A stretch of 64,000 nt of DNA. Source: Bugula neritina (taxonomy: Eukaryota; Animalia; Bryozoa). This document shows positions 52,401 through 64,000 of this stretch, one piece after another. Position numbers and translations under genes: made by a program. The notes below the pieces were generated by a model that was not told the DNA's origin, ran no database searches, and saw only the letters and a list, made by a program, of their open reading frames with translations. Location of the stretch: assembly GCA_964035545.1 (NCBI GenBank), contig OZ037768.1:12657675-12721674 (forward strand). Direction: 5' to 3'. Position 1 is the first letter of the stretch. The number at the start of each line of letters is the position of its first letter.

Positions 52401-55034
52401 CTACTTCTGCTTCATGTTTTGACAGAGATTTTACAATATTTACCTGACCACTATGTCTGTCAGCTTTAGAAGTTGTAGGGAGACTAGCACCATACTTCAA
52501 GAGAATCTCTGCTGTGAGAGCATGGTTTCTCTGCCTGCACAGGTGCATTGGGGTTAATCCGTCCTAAAATATACCATAGCAGTAGCAACTCAATCAAATA
52601 GTCAATATTCAATACTCAAATAATATTTAAGAAGAAAAGCTTTCAATTTTATGTTTTCCACTTTTGATAAGGGTCATAGTTCATGATAATAATCAGTTGG
52701 TATAACAGTTGCAGTTGTAACATTAGTGGCACAGTTTGTGTTGTTACATTATTTTGGTAACTTGGAGTTGATTTTCTTAGATTTGTAGCTTCTCTACTCA
52801 GGAGCTGATTTAAAATAAAAGTTATCATCTTCTTTGACAGATTCAGGACCTTGATTTAAATCATTTATAAATAAAAACTAATCAACTATTAATCACTTAT
52901 ATAATAGATATCTGCTGAATAAAAATTTAATGGAAGTTTGAATAAAGAAACTTAAAACAGCAAATGTTGAGATAGTATGCTGCCGCACTGGCAGTTGATC
53001 ACAAAAAGTAACTGTAACATCGCTAGCTGTTCGGAAAAGGTAGACATACTTTGGTATAACAGTTGGGACTAGCACCATTTTCCAACAGCATCGATACAAT
53101 ATCACTGAGTCCATCCTTAGCGGCAATGTGTAGGGGGGTGAACCCATCTTCCGACTCTGCGCTTACTTCTGCGCCATACTCAATCAGAGCACAGACGATA
53201 TCCATGTCACCTTTTCCCACAGCATAATGTAGAGGCGTGTAGCCATTCTGTAAACACAATTACTAGTAACCGTTTAGTAGACTTTATGAATCATCAGAGA
53301 TTAGAATAAAGAATATAATTAACAAGATGTAAGCACTCTTACTAACATTATGATGAGGGTTTCTAGATTCAAGAAAGTATAACAATTCTTTTTATAGGTT
53401 ACGTAGTTCAACAGTAAGCAGAACATTAACATGGCCATTTACAATGTAGGTAATTTTTAATCATAAAAAGTAATGAAGCTAACATACATTGATCAAACAG
53501 ACTCCAAAATGTTCATAATTTTGCTGAGCTATCTCAAGTTTAACAGAATAACTCTCACCTTAGCCCTGCTGTCAGGGGAGACACCATATTTCTCCAGCAG
53601 AAGTAAAACTATTGCAGCTTGACCATGCTGAGCAGCTAGGTGCAGAGCTGTATGTCCATCATCATTTTTGAGTTCAGGCTTTGCACCTTTTTTTAGTAAC
53701 ATTCTAGTTACTGCCTGTTGATTGTTTTCAATGCTGACATGGAGAGGGGTCAATCCATTCTACAAGCACCAGCATGCACTGTGTCTACATGTAACTCAAA
53801 ATACTTAAGGAGAAAATTATACAACTACATCAGAAGTGAATTCCAGAAGATCACTTATTACCAGTCCTAATCAACATACACAGCCAATCGTTCTTCTCAA
53901 GTCGAAGCTCTGAATACACAAAATTGTTACCTTAGTCATGGAATCAACTAATTTTGAACGTTTTGGAAATGAAGTGACCACCTGTTCATTCCCTTCTTTT
54001 GCTGCTGCATGCAGCAGGGAATAGTTGTCTCTAACCTCAGCATTCACATCAAACTCATGCTGCAACAGAAGCAGTACACTATCTACACTATTCACTACTT
54101 CAACTCTTGCTGTTACATAATAAACAAACACTATTTTAATAGCTATACAGGTTTCTTAAAGTAGTGATGAAACAGAAAAGTAAAACACCATTTCTAAAAT
54201 AGTCAACCAGGAACTCCAAGTCCAGTCAACTTAAAACTAAATGTAAAAGTGAAAGTCATTGCAGTGTAGTTCTACAGTTACTCCTAACTCTTTAAGTTGA
54301 GTGTGTGCTTACTGAAGATGGGTCTTCATTGTTCAGAGAAGAGGGTGTATGTAGTTGACTACTACTGATCTCACTGTAATCAATAGATAGTTCCTCACTG
54401 TCAACCTCTATTTCAGATTCACTAGCTCGGCAACATACTAAAAGTGACAATATTTTCATGTATAAACTCAGATATATTCATTTTACAATCCGATTGAAGG
54501 AACTCTATGGGGTTTGAATACCACTTCAAAATATCAAATTTATACACCATTAGCCGATATCTTAACTTTATGCCTAGATCTTTACTTAATTTACTGTATC
54601 CTTTTGCCCAAAACAAAATAGTAGGTCAAAAAATAATACTGTAATACTGTTTCATCTTCCTCCAATAGGACTATATTCACCAGATTAATGTGTATTTTAC
54701 TGTGTGCAAAAACCTGAATGAAAGTATTCAAACTTCTGCCTGATTGTTTATAATGATGGCAAGATGATATGGCAATATTGCCATATAGTAATGCAGGCAG
54801 CTTTAATTAGCCAAGCTGAAAATGATATGACAAACATTCATATGATGTAGTTACTATAAGAGTGTACATACATGTAACTCATCAATATATTTATATTGGA
54901 ACAAAACCAGCTAAACCCAAGTGACTAAAATATATATAGTGTTAGACAAGTTTGCAAATTATTTAGCTTTTCATGCAAAACTTACCCAAATTGGTGATTG
55001 AGGCCCGAAAGCTTCTGAATAATTCTAATATCAT
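49480..55034 (-). CDS. Short ankyrin-derived protein, copy B (ANK repeats + one ZU5), 12 exons
   Basis: Same exons and splice sites as copy A; ATG at 55034. A 1-bp insertion in the last exon gives ...AKRGKYF* instead of ...AKRENTSDF*. Confidence 0.85.
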
Positions 55035-57036
55035 TTTCGCAGTATAAGCATATTAACATTCAACATAATATTAAGACAATAATGCTTTCAATAGAAATGT
55101 AGACTAATAATTATGATGTAAACAGTTTTTGTTGTGGGTAGTATTATGATTGTGATGTCATACAACAATGGTATCCCAATTTAAATTTAGCAAATATTTA
55201 AATTTACTATTACATCAACTTCAATATTTTATCATTAGGACTTGTATGCAACAATTTCGGGTTCTCCATATTTTACAAAGTGGTAGACAGTTTGTATTTA
55301 ATTTAAATCTTAATAAAAAATTATTGAAATTCATATAAATTTGGTACCTGCAGGACAATTGGATTCAAGTGAATGAATTTTTGAATAACTTTTTCACTGC
55401 AGGTTTTTAAAAACCTAATATAAGAACAATTGAGAAAGCAGTACTATGTTCAGCATGTTTTCCTATTTACTTATCTGTTGGAGCATGTGAAGCCGTCTGC
55501 AACTTGAGTAAATTATAATAGTGCTAAATTTTTAATGGTAAATTTAATTATGAACGAACTAAGATCAATGATCTTGTTAAAATTCTATTACTGTAGTATA
55601 GCATACATAATATATGAAAATTTACCAGAGTTACAATTCAATAATTTGTGAGAGAGTTATCCTTTTGTACACATATGACCATTCCACCCCCCCTCTCCCC
55701 CTATTATTTGAATAACCTGTGAGAGAGTTATCTTCTCTCTACTATATTGACCGCTCTTATGTCAGACTGCACTGGCTAGTCAGAAATATACTTTATATTT
55801 CAGTAGCCTCATCAGATTTGCAGGCCATTAATGTACCCCATGTAGTGCAGAGTAACTGTTGCTAATTGCTTTGCTGTTTTTAAATGAAAACTTGAAAAAT
55901 CAGTCATTTTATATCAGTTTTCAGATTCACAGTCCGATGTGAATAGATCTATTCTCAAATGCAACATTTTTAACAAGAATACAGTATATCAATAATAATT
56001 TAGCAAATATATCAGGAGTGAAGGGTGACGTAATATGTTATCGGTGATTTAAGTTTATCACTAATGGTCAACCTTTTCATATTCTCAAAAATACAAAAAG
56101 AAAACCAGGCTGCTTGCCTAGTGCCAACATGTCACATTACTAATGTTGACACTGATTTGCAAGTGCTACAACATGCTGATAGTTTACTACTATAAGAATA
56201 TAGAGTAAACTATTTATTAGTCTTGAAAGGTATATACTATATATGATGAACCATTTTTAATTGTCAATAGAAAGCAAGTAGTATGAAATATTCACTCTTA
56301 TAAGGCAAATAATATACAATAACTGCTACTACAGAGTCACCAGTACTGTATGATGGATGATATTATAAACAATTCTACAATAACAAATTATATGAATGGG
56401 ATAGTAATGTACATAACCAACCAGTGTTACTAGGTCAGGAGAACTGACTAATCAGCTGTCTTCTCACTTATCACTTTGTAACCAAAACAACTAGATGCGT
56501 CTTCTGTAGAAACTACTTCTTATTCTACTCGGTCTACTTTCCTAATATGAAAGATAAAAGAAGTGAGGAGACAACTTTAGATGAATAAATATTATTCAAA
56601 ACAGTAGAATATTGTATCATGATTACTTGTTGCTTATGAGAGATTGTAACCAGTTATATAAACCAAGGCTTGGGGAATAAACTGAAAGATAAGAAATGAG
56701 TTTGGCAGGATAAACATACTTGACAAAAAGGTTAAGTTGAATTGAACAAACATAGAAGCAGTGAAAAGCTGAACTAGTTCTTGTGTGTGATGTCACAGCA
56801 AATGAATTGACAAACTTTATTGGTCAAAATAAAATTAGGCTATGCTATCACTTTGACAGGTTTTTCAACATTTCCACATAGTCTTGCTTTGGTAAGTGTT
56901 TGAATTTTGGGAAACGGAAAGTTCTGAAGTTGTCCCTACTTGATATAATATAACGGACAAGTCTGAATCATTGACTGCATTAGCTTACAAAATGTCATAG
57001 GAGGGACATAACTCCTACTATATACATAATACCTGT

Positions 57037-58248
57037 TCAGTTGAGTTGGTAGATTAGAACTTTCTTCTCATCAGATCTGGGTACAATCAACATGTCTTAT
57101 ACACATGGAGATCAAATGATCTACTATCACTCTTAACAGTTGCCTCTTCTAGCATAGACATCTGTCTACCTACATTATAACAGGTTTACTATAGCCTAAA
57201 TATAATATATATATCCAGAAATTGAAGGAAAACATACACGCGCCTACAAATTGTTTTAATATATTTTAGTCTCGTGCTAACCACACTATATTCCAGGGTT
57301 GGGGTGAAATTAGTATTTTGTAATTGTAATTGGTTGTAATTATTCACATTTTTTCAAATAATTGAATGTAATTAATAATTGATGTGTAAAAATGTATATT
57401 TAATAACAATATCAGGAAACTCAAGCAAAAAATTTGGCCCTACATTCTCTTCCATTTGCCCATAAAAGCATTTCACAATAACGTGAATTCATAGCAATTG
57501 CGACCATCACGTGGAAAAGTTGAGAAAAAAAACAGTCATCAACTGATTTAACAAAGAGTTATGGGAAGGAATTACCTCATCATGTTTTCTACAAAATAGT
57601 TCACTGCAAACAGTGCAGTAGGTCACTGCTGGTACTTTCTCTATCCCTTTCTTTGTGCAGATGGCACATGTCACACAGTTGGCCTCTACATCAGCAGAAG
57701 GCAGGCTTTCTATACTAACGTCAAATACTTCCCTGAAGAACAACACATAGGCTGAATAAAACTTCTGAAATGACTATTCTGAATACATTACAATAGAGTG
57801 GCACTAGATACCTTTTTATAATTGTTAGAAATATAAATATTGCTTAAATTTACTTGGCATGGACTCGATTTGTTTTATAATGACTATGCAATGTTTTGTT
57901 ACTAGCTAAAATATATAATCTAATGTAAATGTGTTTCCAGCTGTCAATGTGCAGCACATGCTACCCAAGAATCACTGTGCAAAAGTGAGAGTTCGTTTTA
58001 GATTACTAATAGTAGTATTACTATTAGTAGTATTACTATTAGTAGTATTACTATTACTATTACTAGCAGTAGCAGTAGTAGTAGCAGTAGTACTACCGTA
58101 CCAGTACTACTAATAGAACTGAGGGTGAAACTGAGAGTAGACTGTAGAGACTAGAGTGTAACTGTAGAGTTGGAGTACCCTTAGACGACGACATAGTTTT
58201 AGTCTAGTAAAAGACTAATTACTAAGTAGTAACTTACCAGTTATACAT
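57037..58248 (-). pseudogene. B-box (TRIM-like) gene remnant, copy B
   Basis: MYNW mini-exon 58248-58238 splices in phase to 57732-57576 (CAIC...YCTVCSELFCRKH); the terminal exon has a 1-bp deletion relative to copy A. Confidence 0.6.
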
Positions 58249-60651
58249 ACTTATAGAGATAGCAATTACATTTACTGTATCGATATAACTACGCAAGGGT
58301 TGCAGAATTGCTTACAGTTACTATAATTATTTAATAATCAGTTTGACTTGAAAGCAAAAATTAACGTTTATGTTTGCACGTGCTGGAAAGCTCTATGCGT
58401 TTGTTGAGGGAGGATAACTCCGGTTGCTTTGAAATTACATGAATTATTTCTCATAGCTACATAAGTTACAACTATTGGATAAATTTGAGCACGATTAGCA
58501 AATTTTTAAAATATTCTATTTTAGGCTGAATTTTGTGTTGTTTTCTTTTAGATTCCAGATATGTTTGCTGAGTTATGTTGGCTTTTTCTGTATGTGAATG
58601 CTTATACCAAGCAACTGTGACAAGACATGACAATGACTCCAGCCAATCATCGCTGTGAGAAATATGTAATGTTGAAACAATCGGAGTTATCCTCCCTTAG
58701 CAAGCGCAAAAAGCTTTCTAACATAATTCTTTGTTTGGGCATTTAACAGACGCTAGTTAAGACATCCAAGCGTAGAAATACATAAACAATGTAAATTTCA
58801 AAACAAAATCACTCAACCATACACAACAACGACCTGATAAGCATAGCTTGCATTACGTGAAACAAATTTATAGTGGATAAAATGAATATATTATAAGTTT
58901 ATCATATATAGTATCAATACAAACAAAATATGTATATTTGCACTTGCATTAACTTTGCTTTATATTTCACTCAACCTTTTGCTTACCAAATTTATATTAT
59001 AGGTTTTTACCTTGTATTAATCTAATTCAACTGAGATATTATGTCTCTTAGAAATACTATATTAGTAGAATGTACTCGATTATCAGATAATACCACCTCA
59101 GGCTTTCAATAGTCGCTAAACACCTCTGCCAACAAATCCACTATAATGCAACTCCTTGTATCACTGTTAGGTCATTAAACAACCAGCCATTAAGTTTTAG
59201 GCAAATTTTCTACTCCTGTATCTTCATATATACAGGCTTCATAGGAAAAAAGCCAATATTTTAGGCACATATTGTCACTCACTCTTTCTCTTCTCATATG
59301 TTTAATGCTCAATAAAGCATATTACAATAATACTACATATACTAATAACACAAGATTTTTTACATTCAAAGAAAACAAATCAACACCTATTGTGTGAGAT
59401 AGTTATGCTGGTACAGGAGGTGGTAGCAGTGATCCCTTTTTCGTTCAACTTCTGTTTTTTGGCAGAATGAACATGATTTACATTCCTCCTCTATAAGGTT
59501 TCAATAGAGACTGTTAAGTACAACGGTCATATCTTTCCAATGCAGCTGGCAACTACAATCAGTTGTGCATAACTTTAGTAGACATTTTCCAGCTACATTT
59601 ATTTGAGATTATTGTTATTAATAAATGTTACTCTGGTTATGTTTAAAATCCAATGTAATTACAACAGGTGCTTAAGCACACTGTATGCTAATATTGTAAT
59701 TACATTGCTATGAATATAATGTAATTAAATAGATTGTCATTACATATTAAACACAACAACTTTATAATTATAATATTTCTTGGAGCAATAACTCCTAAAA
59801 ATACGTCACAATTACCTATGTATATAAATACTGAGTGGTGCCATCACACTTAGAGAATCATAATAACTAATTTATCAAATCAAGATTTGCCAAGCAGATA
59901 TCTTTTGATAATTATAATAACTCTGCTACACAAACCGAAAAATTTATTTTCATCAGTTTAGAAAGCACAAACTATTTATTTTCAATTATTGATTTTGGTT
60001 TAGAAATTAGACTGACATTTTCAATTTCGGACATTTTTGTCACTATAATAGCTGTTTTAGAATTTTTTATAATCATACTTATCCATGACTGGTGTTTGGT
60101 ATTGAATATAATTAGTGTGGTTCACCATACCCATTAACAATACATGCAAAAGTCATTTATGTAGAAATGTCAATGAGCATGAAAGGTTGATTTGTGTACA
60201 TTTATTTCTTGAATAACAAAAGACAGTTTATCCATAAATATTGTAAAGCGAAAAAGAAACACTATGCTGCTGTATAAATAAATAGATAACCAGATGTATA
60301 TAAATTTACAGCAATTGATTTCAATAGACAATTAACATCATCTTAAAATAGCTAAGGTTAGCTATTGTATCTCAAAAACAGGAATAAAATTATCGTTGTT
60401 TGCTAAAATGCTGCTAAGTAAATTGCTTTACAACATTAAATTACAAATATTTCTACAAAGTCAAACGTGTTTAATTTCCCATATCAAAGCAAACCCAAAA
60501 GTAAGTGAAAAATTGAACTTGGACAACGCAAACGCAAAGACATGCAAAATTTTTAAATCTATCAAAAGTTTTAAGTCAGAATAATAGTTCTAGCAATCAG
60601 CCTAATGAAAAATAATGTTGTGTTTTCAATGTAATATAAGTTAAAGAGTAT

Positions 60652-63392
60652 TAGTCTAGAAGTAACCTCCCAAAAAGTGCTCAAAAAATTGACTTATTAC
60701 ACTTTACTAGGTGGCCACTCAAAAAAAATTGTTTTTAGATTAAAATTTTGTGCTGATTCTGAATCTACAAACTTTAAAATTCTATCTTCACCCAAACTCA
60801 AGCTATTGCAAAAAACAAATCGACATCTTGAATGAGTCATGATAAAAAGAAATGTGGATTGTGCAAAACAGTATCCAATTTTACCAAGCTCTCTTGAAGA
60901 AAGAATATTTGCTAAAATATCAAAAATAATTGCCTCTTACCCAGAATTCTATGCTGATGCTGGATTTAAAGACTGCAAGACGCTATCTCAAATTAAAACC
61001 AAGTTGTTTACGTAAACATATATGTTTGTTATGTATCGACATATTGCATGCAGCGTAAGCATACAGAATAATGGTATGACCAAGCCATTTATACAAAAAC
61101 AAAAACAAAGTCATGCTGATGTGTGAAAAAACTATATTTATAAAATTATAGCACAAAATAAATGTTGAAATGAATAAATATTGAAATCTTTTGAACACAG
61201 CCCAAGTGAATCATTTGCTAGTCTGTCAGTAGCCGTTAAACATCTACAAAAATCAACAAGTATCTGTAAAATTATTTAGAGAAACAGAAGCATGAGAGAT
61301 GATCAAAATTGAATTGTTTGCAGCAAAATATATAACAAATGTCTAACAATAGTGCTTTATTAAGAAAAAGTATTCTCGCCATTGTCACTGCCGTGAGTCT
61401 CATCAGCTTCTTCTTCCCCAATATAGCGCTTTTTTTCAGACAATCCTTACATTGACAAGCATCAGCGAATGCACTGCATTTGAGACTTCTGGCATCCACA
61501 TCTTGGTATGTTGCAGCCGGTCTTACAGGAGCAGTTCAAACTTTGCAAAATACATGTTCAGGTGCGGGAGCTTGAATCATCCACTTTATATTTATGCTGC
61601 CATGATTCTCAACAATCTACCCATAATGTTCTGGCCCGGGTGGTCCATCAATATAGGCTGTTGTCGATCACCCTTCTCCAAATGGCTGCCTGATAATTTG
61701 CTCTTTTCAAGTGCAAATTTAATTCATCTTTCGTTTGAGGCAAACTGTATTGAGTTATTTTAGATGGTGAAGGAAATACAGTGTATTGGACATTATCTGT
61801 ATTTGAATTTTCTGCTCCATAAAGTTTACAAACAAATTGTTCTACTTTAGCTTGAAACACTTTTCGAGGTGTTCAAAGCTTCCCATACATTCTGGATGTT
61901 TTCTTAAAAGAGAGTAGGCTGTGCGCTATCTTTTTTCATAAAAAGCGCTATAGTCGAATCACAACCTGTTAAAGCATGAAATCTAGTAAGTTCTGCACAC
62001 AACTGCGGTCAGGATTTATTTGCTGCAATGTTGACATCCAAATACCTAATATGATTATGATTTCTTCCATATATTAATATTATCTATATAACTGTTGTGT
62101 TGATTGCTAAATAGCTATAATATGCTAACAGCTATAATAGCTAACATGAATTATTTAGAATAATATTCTATTATTTTTACAAATTTGTGTGGAACAAAAA
62201 GTAGTAATATACATTAATAATAGACACTATCTTTAATAGATACTTATTAACAAAATGTCTTTTCAAACAACGTACAAGATGTATAAAATATACAAAATTA
62301 ATAAGTTAAGGCAGATCAAAGGAATTAATTTATGTGCTAAATAACAAGCAATTAATCCAATTTTATTTGAATATACATATATTTTAATAATATTAAAACA
62401 GATTGCACATAAAAATACATTTTACCAAAATAAATAACTAGCGTCTAAGTAGGCAAATTAGCCTGACCTCTATCTGGGATGATACCACGATTACGACACC
62501 TGCGAAAAAATATAATTGGCAAAAAGGTAATGTCTAGCAAATATAGCGAGAATTAAGATGAAAACATCTGTGTCTTGGGCTTATGATGTTCATAAGATAT
62601 TTTGCATGTAACAAAGTTTGTGTACCTGCTTCCTCGTGATCTGATTGTAAGCAGTTGAGTTCTGTTTTCTTAGGAATTCCACCATGTTTGAAAAAATCTA
62701 ACTGAATGCAATTTTTGTTTGGTATGCAACAGCTATAATAACAGTATTGTTCTCTAAAGTATTTCTACTCCATTTTTCACACAAAAATGCACCAGTCCCT
62801 AATGCAGCTTGTTCTATTTGCTAATAAGGAAATATTTTTGTGACAAATGACACACATGAAAAAAGTACATGCCTATGATTTTTGAATAGGACAGCCCAAG
62901 ATCATTTTTTTATAATGGGTTGCTTAAATATAACCATATACCTATATATAGAATTATAGGAAAACTTTAGGGTATTTCTTTTGTAACTATAACTAAGCTA
63001 AATTGACTCTAGAGTCATTATATTAAGATAGTATAAAAATATGCATTTTAACCAATAGCATTGTTTTAAAAGCCAAATCGCTTATGTATATATAGTTCAG
63101 TTTAACTTTGTTGGCAAAGAAAAGTATCTATAATTATCAGCAAAATTATTTTGCTTATATAAAATAAATTAGCTTTAATAATTTAAAGATATTTAGCAAA
63201 CTCACAAAAACGTTGAGAGAAGACAACTCCGGAAAAGTTTAAAGCGATTTTATGGCTTACTGGGTGCACAGAACAGTCTAGAGTTTTCACAGATTGATTA
63301 AGACCTTTAAAACTCTCCATTTCTAAAAAGAGTGCGTGGCCACCTTTCGGAGTGTATTGAGTAAAAGATAATTGGAGGTTACTTCTAGACTA
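60652..63392 (-). mobile_element. Degenerate Academ (AcademX-like) DNA transposon
   Basis: TIRs TAGTCTAGAAGTAACCTCC; 3-bp TSD TAT; broken ORF with FHALTGCDST (XPG-like), LPQT..LNLHLKRANYQAAIW, W...PAP and a Cys-rich end; empty site near 7215. Confidence 0.75.
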
Positions 63393-63431
63393 TATAATAT
63401 ATTATATTCATCTAAGCTTGAAGTACAAGAG

Positions 63432-64000
<569 letters not shown>

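Noticed and set aside
54422-54616. 64-aa ORF between exons 1 and 2 of gene B
   Set aside because: Intronic; the frame is not preserved in copy A.

Overview
AT-rich animal (invertebrate-like) genomic window, not prokaryotic. It is a tandem segmental array: each unit carries a 12-exon minus-strand gene for a short ankyrin derivative (N-terminal amphipathic segment with Cys-Cys, about 6 ANK repeats, a single ZU5, no UPA or death domain; copies at 18860-24286 and 49480-55034), a small upstream B-box gene remnant, and inverted (+ strand) fragments of the ankyrin exons. The array is densely invaded by transposons. There are two distinct Ty3/Gypsy LTR elements (3' half at 1-4185; a full-length young copy at 7919-15363 with tRNA-Leu PBS and a -1 frameshift signal), two solo LTRs, several hAT/PIF/pogo-like MITEs (some nested), a 7-kb foldback element, a degenerate Academ-like element, a Penelope remnant with a minimal hammerhead ribozyme, and a SINE-like palindrome. 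The most novel-looking item is that both divergent Gypsy elements keep an intact third ORF in the env position that is not an envelope but a conserved double zinc-finger protein with a basic patch and C-terminal coiled coil. All alignments and counts were done by eye; no database searches were run.
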